22,007 nt of DNA from Chiloscyllium plagiosum (taxonomy: Eukaryota): contig NC_057718.1 in NCBI RefSeq assembly GCF_004010195.1, positions 18,020,373-18,042,379 of the forward strand, read 5' to 3'. Under the pieces are notes generated by a model, which was not told the DNA's origin, searched no databases, and saw nothing but the letters and a program-made list of their open reading frames with translations. Below are positions 10,091 through 19,689 of this stretch, in pieces. Each line of letters opens with the position of its first letter. Within the stretch, counting starts at the first letter, position 1. Made by a program: the position numbers and the translations under genes.

Positions 10091-10384
10091 TGTGACAAAG
10101 GATTCTGGGTAATCTAAGATGGTGGATGGGAAAAAAGTTGTGGCTTTAAGAGCTGCTCCTTTTTTGAAGTATTTTAGGTGTTGGAGGTGAGTTCCTCAAA
10201 TTTCAGAAGCGGCAATTACTGTTGCATTGTTTTGGAACTTTGGAGAAAAAAGATCAAAACAACAGCACTTTTAAAAGCATGTCAGACAAAAGGTAGCGAG
10301 CACATGGTCAGTGAGGGGGAGAGAGAAAGAAACTGACACAGGAGTGCATCTGCACAGTTATTGTCCTTGCTGTTTGAGTTCATG
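10091..10384 (+). repeat. Unclassified interspersed repeat fragment (LTR-like or LINE 5' UTR-like)
   Basis: Shares TGGCTTTAAGA...TGCTCCTTTTTT with the reverse strand of 21115-21146 and resembles a recalled shark repeat. It abuts a CR1 tail. Confidence 0.4.
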
Positions 10385-10545
10385 TAAAAGGCATTTGGAT
10401 GGGTATATAAATAGGAAAGGTTTAAGAGGGATATGATCCACATGCTGGCAATTGGGACTAGATTAGGTTAGGATATCTGATCGGCATAGACAAGTTGGAC
10501 TGAAGGGTTTGTTTCCGTGCTGTACACCTCTATGACTTTTTGACT
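10385..10545 (+). mobile_element. CR1 (HER1-like) 3' tail
   Basis: GCATTTGGATGGGTATATAAATAGGAAAGGTTT...GGGACTAGATT...CTCTATGACT aligns with 18160-18310. Confidence 0.88.
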
Positions 10546-10789
10546 TTTTTGAAGTAAAAAATATGTTGCAGCCACTCAGGTTAATGACCCAGAATTTCCT
10601 GCATCACACTGATGCAAGACTTTGGTCAGAAATTATGGTAATTTCAGTGTTGAAGTAACGGCAAAATTATCCGTGGCACAATTTTGATGTGGCAAAAATA
10701 AATTAAAAGGCATGGGTTACGCTTAAGTGTCACATTACTCACTAATAGGCTTGGTTGCATTTGCATTGCTGTCTTTTACTGTCGCATGA

Positions 10790-11170
10790 CAGAAGATTAT
10801 GTACACAGCCCTGTCCATCACGGAAGCCAACCTCCCATCCATCTACGCCATTTACACATCACAGACCTCTTTCACCACAAGTAATGCTATCTTCCAACCT
10901 CTTCCATCAGGTAGAAGACGCAGAAGCTCGAACACATGCACCGACAGCTTCTTCCTTGCTGTTATCAGAATGCTGAATGGACTCTCTAACTTCAAATAAC
11001 GTTGATCTTGCTTCGTGCCCCACCTGTGCAGTGTACCCTGTACGCCTCGCTCTGTCTCAGCACCCTGTGATCTGTATGTCCTTGTTTGCTATGATCTGTC
11101 TGTACTGTGCATAAAACAAAGCTTTTCACTGTACTTAGGTATACGTGACTACAATAAATCGAATCAAATC
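10790..11170 (+). mobile_element. Rex1/Babar-clade LINE 3' fragment
   Basis: TALSITEANLPSIYAIYTS...FQPLPSGRR..SFFLAVIRMLNG. The 3' UTR CTTTTCACTGTACTTAGGTATA...ACAATAAATC is shared with 9195-9233. Confidence 0.85.
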
Positions 11171-11229
11171 ATCTCAATTTCCTTGCTTCTGCTTGTTCTG
11201 TCTTTTCCCTTATTACACAGGTATAGGTA

Positions 11230-11498
11230 CAGTTCTAACCAGAACTCCATCAATAAACACATCAATTTAGATCCTATCTACCTTCCCTCGAAAAACTAGA
11301 ACCAGAAGACATCTCCCATTTTAAGAAACCAAGACCTATAAATAGAGAGGTGAGAAATACCACCAGCGCTTCACTGGAGACTCTCACTGACTCTTACCTA
11401 GTACGGTGACGAAACATTTGAAAATAAACCCTCAAGCTCAGCAAGCTAACTTACATACTTATCATCAACCTGAGATACAAATCTTCTCAAAATTGCTG
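11230..11498 (+). mobile_element. Penelope-like element 3' end (GIY-YIG C-terminal remnant plus pLTR) with 11-bp TSD
   Basis: SNQNSINKHINLDPIY resembles the PLE ORF end. Decayed hammerhead CTGA...TTACC/TAGTAC/GGTGA-C-GAAAC at 11387-11415. Perfect direct repeat AGGTATAGGTA at 11219-11229 and 11499-11509. Confidence 0.8.
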
Positions 11499-11715
11499 AG
11501 GTATAGGTATATCCATTGGAAAGACCATTCCAACTATGTTCTGAGCAGGTTACAGGAATAAACATAGACAGGAATAGTGTATGAGCATAAATCTTTGGTA
11601 GCTCATTCATCCTGTAAATCCAGGATACTTGCATGAGCTTTGGTGGTTAGGTGGAGGAGAGTCAAGCAAGAAGAACTTAGGATTTCAGTGGACTTGTCTC
11701 TGAAGCAGCTGATAT

Positions 11716-12801
11716 CATAGAACTAAAGTTATGACACTGAAGGAGGCCATATGGCCCATTGTGCTTGTACTGACTCTTCAAATGAGCATCACTACCTATT
11801 GTCAAACTCCTGCCTTTTCCCTATATTCCTGCACACAATGTCTATCCAAGTAATCATCCAATGCCCTCTTAAATGCCTTAATTGAACCTGCCTCCAGCAC
11901 ATTTCCAGGCAGTTCAGTCTTACTGTGACAATTCATTTGGGGCGGCACGGTAGCTCAGTGGTTAGCATTGCTGCCTCACAGCACCAGGATCCCAGATTCA
12001 ATTCCAGCCTGAGGCAACAGTCTGCGTGGAGTTTGCACATTCTCCCCGTGTCTGCGTGGGTTTCCTCTGGGTGCTCTGGTTTCCTCCCACAGTCCAAAGA
12101 TGTGCTGGTCAGGTGAATGGGCCATTCCAAATTGCCCATAGTGTTAGATGCATTAGTCAGAGGGAAATAGGTCTGGGTGGGTTACTCTTTGGAGGGTCGG
12201 TGTGGACTGGTTGGGCCGAAGGGCCTGTTTCCACACTGTAGGGAATCTAATCCAACACTCTTGCTCCTTTTGCACATCTATGTAGATCTATCCCCTCTCA
12301 TCTTATTACTTTTACAAGGGGAACAGCTTCTTCCTAGCTTTTGTATCCAGCCTGGTCCTGATTTTGAAAACCTCTATCAAACCTTCCTCTCAGCCTTCTT
12401 CTGTCCAGTGAGAACATTTCCAACATATTCAATGTATCGTAATATCTGAAATTTCTCATTTCCTAAAACCATTCTTGCAAATTGCTTCTGCACAATTGCA
12501 CAATACTCCAGGTGAGGTCTAACAACTGATTCATACAGGTTCAACATCACCCCTTTGCATTTGTATTTGATGCCCTTGTTAATAAAGTTGAGAATACTGT
12601 ATGCTTTATTAACTGCTCTTTCCATCTTTATTGCCAACTTCAAAGATCTGTGCACATATGCACCCGGTCTTCTACTCCTGTACCCCATGTAGAATTGTCT
12701 TGTATAGTTTTCTTGTCTTTCAATTTTCTTACTACTAGATCTATCGCCTTACATTTGTCTGCGTGGAACCTTATCTGCCACCTATCCGCTCAGTCCACCA
12801 A
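11716..12801 (-). mobile_element. Old CR1 LINE 3' fragment, split by an HE1 SINE at 11940-12252
   Basis: Minus-strand translation VHRSLK...VNKAYSILNFINKGIKYKCKGVMLNLYESVVRPHLEYC. The CR1 tail is at 11716-11925. Confidence 0.88.
11940..12252 (+). mobile_element. HE1-type V-SINE, full length
   Basis: GGGCGGCACGGTAGCTCAGTGGTTAGC head, near-consensus V-domain, and tail GGGCCGAAGGGCCTGTTTCCACACTGTAGGGAATCTAATC. Confidence 0.96.
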
Positions 12802-13102
12802 ATCATAGTATTATAGAATCATAGAATCCCTACAGTGTGGAATCAGTCATTCAGCTGACTGAGCCCACACTAACCCTCTGAAGAGCATCTTACCCAGACC
12901 CTCTCCCCAACCCTACTCCTGTAACCCTGCAATTCCCATGGTTATTCCACCTAGCCTGCACATCCCTGGACACGATGGGCAATTTAGCATGGCTAACCCA
13001 CCTAACTTGTACATCTTTGGACTGTGGGAGGAAACTGCAGCATTTGAAGGAAACTCAAGTACACAAACTCTACACAGACAGTCGCCTGAGGCTGGAATCA
13101 AA
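12802..13102 (-). mobile_element. HE1-type V-SINE lacking most of the tRNA head
   Basis: Reverse strand starts at B-box remnant TTTGATTCCAGCCTCAGGCGACTGTCTGTGT, has an internally deleted V-domain and an (ATTCTATG)n tail. Confidence 0.9.
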
Positions 13103-13106
13103 TGAT

Positions 13107-13452
13107 AAAGTCCTGTTTTAGAACAGTTCATTTGGCCACATAAGTTTAATTATTTGCTTGTCTCCCATATATGTGTGGTTACACACTGGAGTCATGAAAC
13201 AAAACCCTTGTCACACAATTAGGCAAGGTCTGGTTTGTTGTAGAAGCCCAAAAACAAGGTGCTACAATGAACTGCTGCAGAATGGAGATATATAACTGCT
13301 GCCAGGATACCAGGCATTTCCTGATAGTCCACTTCGTATGGTTGCACATCAGCTAGACATTTGGGAGTAGAATTCCTTTTGGGTTTTCATTATATTGACA
13401 TATAATACCTCAAACTGATTTGCATGCAGGCAATGGCATCCTCTACCAATGG
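13107..13452 (-). pseudogene. Fossil PIF/Harbinger (HARBI1-like) transposase, catalytic DDE region
   Basis: Manual translation with frameshifts: PLVEDAIACMQISLR (cf. P.VQGAIDCTHIALR), QKEFYS/NV*LMCNH (NRKGFHSLNVQLVCDH), NAWYPGSSY (A.YPGSSHD), ILQQF, CDKGF (GDKGY), FMTPVCN (LMTP..NP), *TVLKQ (R..IEQ), all in the expected order. Confidence 0.85.
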
Positions 13453-14193
13453 ACAGTGTGGTTAATGTGTACAGGCGAACTTGCTTTTAAAGCAGGGACA
13501 GTGTGGTTGATGTATACAGGCGCAGTGCTTGGTCACGCAGGGACAGTCTGGTTGACATGTACAGGTGCAGTGCCTGGTCGCACAGGGGCAGTCTGGTTGT
13601 CGTGTACAGGCGCAGTGGCTGGTCACGCAGGGGCAGTCTGGTTGACGTGTACAGGCGCAGTGGCTGGTCACGCAGGGGCTGTCTGGTTGACGTGTACAGG
13701 CGCAGTGGCTGGTCACACAGGGGCAGTCTGGTTGATGTGTACAGGCGCAGTGGCTGGTCACACAGGGGCAGTCTGGTTGATGTGTACAGGCGCAGTGGCT
13801 GGTCACGCAAGGGCAGCCTGGTTGAGAAGTACAGCGCAGTGGCTGGTCACGCAGGGGCAGTCTGGTTGACGTGTACAGGCGTAATGGCTGGTCACACAGG
13901 GGCAGTCTGGTTGATGTGTACCGGCGCAGTGGCTGGTCACACGGGGGCAGTCTGGTTGATAAGTACAGCGCAGTGGCTGGTCACACAGGGGCAGTCTGGT
14001 TGATGTGTACAGGCACAGTGGCTGGTCACGCAGGGGCAGTCTGGTTGATAAGTACAGCGCAGTGGCTGGTCACACAGGGGCAGTCTAGTTGACGTGTACA
14101 GGCGCAGTGGCTGGTCATGCGGGGCAGTCTGGTTGACATGTACAGGCACAGTGGCTGATCACGCAGGGGCAGTCTGGTTGACACGTACAAGCA
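13451..14193. repeat. 45-bp GC-rich minisatellite, ~16.5 units
   Basis: Consensus GGGCAGTCTGGTTGA(C/T)GTGTACAGGCGCAGTGGCTGGTCAC(A/G)CAG, with 17 (G)TAC anchors counted at 44-45 bp spacing. The first unit is diverged, and a 44-bp AAGTACAGCG variant recurs three times. Confidence 0.97.
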
Positions 14194-14194
14194 T

Positions 14195-14598
14195 AATGCT
14201 GAATTAGATGCTCACTCAGACAAAACAACAGAGAATTAAATATATTCCATTCTTTGGGAATACAAAGCTTCATAGCATTACCTTCGACAACATTGGATAA
14301 CAAATTTGCTGCTATGGCAAATATTGCCTGCTCCAACTTGGGACAGCAAAACCCTCCCAGATTCATGCTATGTCATCCTCACCAGCAAGTGGCAGATTTC
14401 AGGCAGAATATCTTTCCTGAAAAGAAGATATTTGATACGCTGTGTGAAGGTGAAGGCAGCCCCTTCAAACACCTTGAATGGCCTCTTACTGAGAGTACTT
14501 CTTAACTGGATCTACCACTTTCTCCTCTTCCTCCCAGCAACTTGCTCTGCTTTGTGTCACCTATCCTTATTCTGCCTTTTTGCATCATGCTGCACCAT
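14195..14598 (-). pseudogene. Fossil PIF/Harbinger transposase, N-terminal/HTH region
   Basis: One frame with stops: QHDAKRQNKDR*HKAEQVAGRKRRKW*IQLRSTLSKRPFKVF...LLFRKDILPEICHLL...SQVGAGNICHSSKFVIQCCRR*CYEALYSQRMEYI*FS (cf. LRF.KE...EICHLL and FQ..AGDIC.ISQ.AVH.CIREVTEALY......I.FP). Confidence 0.8.
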
Positions 14599-14923
14599 CT
14601 ATGAGGAATTAGTCATTTTGTGGACAGCCTTTGAAGCCCAGGACAAGCCCTTTGGCTTTTTCTACACCACCCTCCCCGAAAATTTCAACAACTTTAAAAG
14701 AAATCTGGAAAACACAAAATACCCCTAAAGACACTGTGAGACCTGGTGGGAATCAACGACTTACTTGAAAAGAGATGATGATCTTTTTAAATAATATTGG
14801 TGTTGCAGTGAATGGAGTTTTTGTACTGCTTAACAAATGTAGGAGAGGGTGTTGCAGGAAGCTTAAACTCTGAGAAAAATGGCACTGTTCATGTAAAATT
14901 AGTGATGTATGCTCATGGGTTTA

Positions 14924-15201
14924 CTTCAACCCCATTTCAGCCCCAGGGTTTCAATGTGGACACGCACCCCCATTCACCTATTGTACTCTTTGCTACCTTC
15001 TCCAGCGCCATCTCACTTCCCCCCCCCCCCCATTTATTTTTCCACCCTGGAGGCTTCCTGCCTCTATTCCCGATGAAGGGTTTTTGCCTGAAACGTTGAT
15101 TTTCCTACTCCTCGGATGCTGCCTGACCTGCTGTGCTTTTTCCAGCACCACTCTGATCTCGACTCTGGTTTTCAGCATCTGCGGACCTCACTTTTGCCCT
15201 G
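14924..15201 (+). mobile_element. Penelope-like element 3' end with decayed hammerhead and candidate 9-bp TSD
   Basis: QPQGFNVD resembles the PLE GIY-YIG ORF end. CCGATGA-A-GGGT/TTTT/GCCT-GAAACGTT at 15070-15097. Homologous to 3576-3704. ATGGGTTTA at 14915-14923 and 15202-15210. Confidence 0.85.
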
Positions 15202-16061
15202 ATGGGTTTATGGTCTACCCAATCAGCCTGGTGCTCCCTCACACATGCTAACAGCTTCACCAAAATACTGGCTGGCGCAGGTCACAGCAGAAATGCAGCG
15301 GATGTCACCTTAGCTGAAAAACAGCAGTGTTCATGCTGGGCCGCTTAGAATCGAATTTCACTGCACAGGGCTTCAGCAAATTTCATTATCAGCAGCTTTG
15401 CTTATTCAGACACATAAAAATACACATACAAGAGTACTTAATGGCTTTTGATCTCCACAGTTGAAACTTGGCTTCACTTGGAGCATGAGGAAACATAATT
15501 CACTTATATTAAAATTCTGAAACAGATTTATATACAATAAAACTACCCATAGCGTTTCTAAGTAAAGGATTCTGTAAATGGAAAAACAGTTTCTACTTTC
15601 TACTTTGTAATTGTTAGAAACATAATAGGAACATAAAGACTGAGGTCTATCTCAGATACCTTTCAGTACTTTACAAAGCCACTCACAATACTCAGTCACT
15701 AACAGTGAGTTTGCAACATGATGTTAGGAATAAAAATCCCTCCAGGGAAAGTTTTGGACATCCAAATTCTGCCATGTCTCCAAAGCATGCTATGCTAGTC
15801 ATAGATCATGTGAGACATACGTGCGTGAATAAGACAAAAAGGAAGAGATATTGTGTCACACTTTGGACTTTTTTCCCAGGTAAACCCCAACAGTATTAGA
15901 TTATCTCTGCACTTGTCTGGAATGGAACCAAGGATTTTTTTTTTGATTATTGTGTCTTACATCTAGAAAAAGGATGATTGAACATATGAATAAATGAAAA
16001 TGATAATGTTTTTGAAAACACGAGTAAACCAATAACAATGTGAATGCTGCCGTTTTCTGTA

Positions 16062-16292
16062 CAGGTCGTTCTGCTCGAGTATGTGTTTTATCATTGCAAA
16101 TTAGCTAATACGCGATTGATGAGTTGTAGACCTTGTTTGGATAACACAAACTTTCTATCGAACGGGTACAGTGATTTTCGACTAGCGATCTTTCTATACA
16201 GCGCAATTTCCTATAACAGTTTTCGTAGCGTGATTTTCCATAGTGCGAGGTTGCAGAACAACACAACTGTTGCGTTATAGCAGAACGACATG
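16062..16292. mobile_element. Tigger/pogo-like (Tc1/mariner superfamily) MITE, 231 bp
   Basis: TIRs CAGGTCGTTCTGCT and AGCAGAACGACATG (13/14 match), flanked by TA on both sides (16060-16061 and 16293-16294). No coding capacity. Internal AGCG.GATTTTC.AT-like repeats. Confidence 0.85.
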
Positions 16293-16831
16293 TAGAATAC
16301 TGAAGAGAACATTTTTTTAAAACTCGTGCTTTGATTTGAATATGGTAACAAATGAAATACACAAATGCGTTTTTTCTGGGTTGCTGCAAAGATTGGAAAT
16401 ATATGCAGGGATCTAGCATCAACTTGTGCATGTTACAAAATTGATTGTGTGTAACCAATACGAAAGTCCTGTGGATGTAAAAGTATACATTAGTTTTACA
16501 TTTCAAGCCAGATGGTTTCCATTACTGCAAAAAGCTGACTGTCAGGAACTAATAATTAAGGCGGAGTTGTCCTTTCCAAACCTGTAAAGTATTGTAACCT
16601 TAGTATATTAATCCAGGATTTTATTGGAAAAGAAACAATTTCCTTCCACCAAACATTGTTCAATAAATACTATACTGATGTGTGGGAAAAATAATAGCAA
16701 ATAGTTTCAGAATCATACAGTTGTCCAGCATGAAACAGACTCTTTGGTCCAACCTGTCTATGCTGACCAGATATCCTAAATTAAACTAATTCCATTTGCC
16801 AGCATTTGGCCCATATCCCTCTAAAAATATA

Positions 16832-18314
16832 TTTTTACAAATATATTAAGGACAAAAGGGTAATCAGGGAGAGAATAGGACCCCTCAAAGATCAGCAAGG
16901 CGGCCTTTGTGTGGAGCCGCAGAAAATGGGGAAGATACTAAATGAGTAATTTGCATCAGTGTTTACTGTGGAAAAGGATATGGAAGATATAGACTGGAGG
17001 GAAATAGATGGTGACATCTTGCAAAATGTCCAGATTACAGAGGAGGAAGTGCTGGATGTCTTGAAACGCATAACAGTGGATAAATCCCCAGGACCTAATC
17101 AGGTGTACCTACAACTCCGTGGGAAGCTAGGGAAGTGATTGCTGGGCCTCTTGCTGAGATATTTGTATCATCGATAGTCACAGGTGAGATACCGGAAGAC
17201 TGAAGGTTGGTTAATGTAGTGCCACTGTTTAGGAAGGATGGTAAGGACAAGCCAGGGAATTATAGACCAGTGAGTCAGACGTTGGTGGTGGGCAAGTTGT
17301 TGGAGGGAATCCTGAGGGACAGGATGTACATGTATTTGGAAAGGCAAGGACTGATTAGGGATAGTCAACATGGCTTTGTGCGTGGGAAATCATGTCTCAC
17401 AAACTTGATTGAGTTTTTTGAAGAAGTAACAAAGAACATTGATGAGTGCAGATCGGTGGACGTAATCTATATGGACTTCAGTAAGGCATTCAACAAGGTT
17501 CCCCATGGGAGACTGATTAACAAGNNNNNNNNNNNNNNNNNNNNNNNNNNNNNNNNNNNNNNNNNNNNNNNNNNNNNNNNNNNNNNNNNNNNNNNNNNNN
17601 NNNNNNNNNNNNNNNNNNNNNNNNNNNNNNNNNNNNNNNNNNNNNNNNNNNNNNNNNNNNNNNNNNNNNNNNNNNNNNNNNNNNNNNNNNNNNNNNNNNN
17701 NNNNNNNNNNNNNNNNNNNNNNNNNNNNNNNNNNNNNNNNNNNNNNNNNNNNNNNNNNNNNNNNNNNNNNNNNNNNNNNNNNNNNNNNNNNNNNNNNNNN
17801 NNNNNNNNNNNNNNNNNNNNNNNNNNNNNNNNNNNNNNNNNNNNAGAAGATTTACAAGGATGTTGCCAGGGTTGGAGGATTTGTGCTATAGGGAGAGGCT
17901 GAACAGGCTGGGGCTGTTTTCCCTGGAGCGTCGGAGGCTGAGGGGTGACCTTATAGAGGTTTACAAAATCATGAGGTGCATGGATAAGGTAAATAGGGAA
18001 AGTCTTTTCCTTGGGATCGGGGAGTTCAGAACTAGAGGGCATAGGTTTAGGATGGGAGGGGAAAGATATAAAAGGAACTTCTGAAGCAGCTTTTTCACAC
18101 AGAGGGTGGTACGTGTATGGAATGAGCTGCCAGAAGAAGTGGTGGAGACTGGTACAACTGCATTTGGATGGGTATGTGAATAGGAAGGGTTTGGAGGGAT
18201 ATGGGCTGGGTGCTGGCAGGTGGGACTAGATTGGGTTGGGATATCTGGTCGGCATGGATGAATTGGGCCGAAAGGTCTGTTTCCATGTTGTACATCTCTA
18301 TGACTCTATGACTC
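16832..18314 (+). mobile_element. CR1 (HER1-like) LINE, 5'-truncated, disrupted ORF2 RT, spans the assembly gap
   Basis: DKSPGPN, NVVPLFRKDGKDKPGNYRPVS, DSQHGFVRGKSCLTNLIEFFE, IYMDFSKAFNKVPHGRL. After the gap: LGLFSLERRRLRGDLIEVYKIM. Ends in a (CTATGACT)n tail and contains in-frame stops. Confidence 0.96.
17525..17844. other. Assembly gap (320 N)
   Basis: Run of N. Confidence 1.
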
Positions 18315-19364
18315 CAGATGCCTTTTAAATGGTGTAATTGGACCAGCCTCCACCACTTCCTCTGGTAGCTCATTCCATACATGCACCATCCTCTGTGTGA
18401 AAACATTGCCCCTTAGGTCCCTTTTAAATTTTTCCCCTCTCAAGTTAAACCTATGTCCTCGAGTTTTGGACTGCCCTACCCTGGGAAAAAGACCTTGGCT
18501 ATTCACTCCATCCATACTTCTCATGATCTTATAAACCTCTATAACGTCACCCCTCAGCCTCCAACGCTCCTGGGAAATTAGCTGCAGCCTGTTCAGCCTC
18601 TCCCTATAGCTCAAAATTTCCAACCCAGCAACATTCTTGTAAATCTTTTCTGAATGCTTTCAAGTTTAATGGCATCTTTCCTGTAGCACAGAGACCAGAA
18701 TTGAATGCAGTATTCCAAAAATGGCCTAACCAATATCCTGTACAGCTGCAACATGACCTCCCAACTCCTGTACTCAATGCACTGACAAATAAAGGCAAGC
18801 ATGCCAAACACCTTCTTCATTATCCTGTCTATGTATGACTCCACTGTCAAGGAACTATGAACCCGCACTCCAAGGTCTCTTTGTTCGGCAACACTCCCCA
18901 GGATCCTATCACTACATGAATGTGTCGTACCCTGGTTTGCTGTACCAATATGCAACACCTCACGTTTATCTAAATTAAATTCCATCTGCCCTCCTCAGCC
19001 CATTGGGCCATCTGATCAAGGTCCTGTCCCACTCCGAGGTAACCTTCTTCACTATCCACAACGCAACCAATTTTGATGTCATCGACAAACTTACTCACCC
19101 TACCTCCTTAATTCACATTCAAATCATTTAAATAAATGACAAAACTTTCATTTCTCAAAACAGTGGCATTCAGCATTCTTGGGCCTGAATGCAATGTAAA
19201 ATATCTCATGGACAATATTTCCTGTTGGCAGGTCTGAAAGTGACATGGATGCTCATATAACGAATGCCAATTGAGCTCAGTTTCTCATACTCCTGCTCGG
19301 AAACAAAAGTTCTCAATTCAAATTCTGCTTCTGAAATTAATATTGTTAACCTAGACCAATTTCC

Positions 19365-19650
19365 CAGTGTGGGATGTTAAGATTACTTAGAGCTGAGGTT
19401 CTTATCAGCTCTGTCAGGTCCGATGGATGTTAAAGAGGAACAGATTGTTCTCTCCGTCTTCTGGCAGATATTCCTCTCTCAATTAACTCTACGAGAAAGT
19501 GATTAATTTGTTATCCCTCCAATTGTTTTCTGTGGTATTGCAAGGTATGTAAAATTGGCTGCTGCTTTTTTTTTGTGTAAGAGAAGAATCATTTCCACCT
19601 CAAAGTAATTCATCTTATATGTAGCACTTTAAGGTATCACGATGAGAGAT
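19365..19650 (+). mobile_element. Very degenerate DeuSINE
   Basis: GATGGATGTTAAAGA, CTGGCAGATATTCCTCTCTCAA, TGTGGTATTGC...AAATTGGCTGCTGC, CAAAGTAATTCAT...AGCACTTT occur in consensus order. Compare 770-860. Confidence 0.55.
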
Positions 19651-19689
19651 GCAATGAAGCAGAGCACTCTTTAACACAATACTGATTAA

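Larger units (their letters stand above)
16708..19145 (-). mobile_element. CR1 (HER1-like) LINE 3' portion split by an oppositely oriented CR1 (pieces 16708-16825 and 18313-19145)
   Basis: Minus strand VIYLNDL...VSKFVDDIK (RT motif), MEFNLDKREVLH, QRDLGVRVHSSL, LVRPFLEYCIQFWS. The tail piece lies at 16708-16825. Confidence 0.92.

Noticed and set aside
11940..12010. tRNA gene (A and B boxes)
   Set aside because: This is a tRNA-derived SINE head that continues into the V-domain and LINE-like tail. The same applies to the other HE1 heads.
1577..13131. Recurrent similar short ORFs (MANSPNLHI..., MGNLAWPIHLT..., VSAWVSSGCSGFLPQSK) suggesting a gene family
   Set aside because: All lie within HE1 SINE copies, so the similarity reflects the SINE V-domain.
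13615..13630. Chi-like GCTGGTCA in the minisatellite unit
   Set aside because: Only a 6/8 match to the E. coli Chi site, with no meaning in this eukaryotic context.
13451..14193. CRISPR array or repeat-protein gene (overlapping ORFs on both strands, e.g. AVWLTCTGAVAGHAG repeats)
   Set aside because: Units are contiguous with no unique spacers, there are no cas genes and the context is vertebrate. The frames are open only because 45 is a multiple of 3, and 44-bp variants break them.
14254..14728. Plus-strand 83-aa and 140-aa ORFs
   Set aside because: They are antisense shadows of the Harbinger transposase fossil.
17207..18042. 231-aa and 191-aa ORFs as intact RT genes
   Set aside because: Their length comes from reading through 320 N, and the flanking CR1 sequence has stops and frameshifts.
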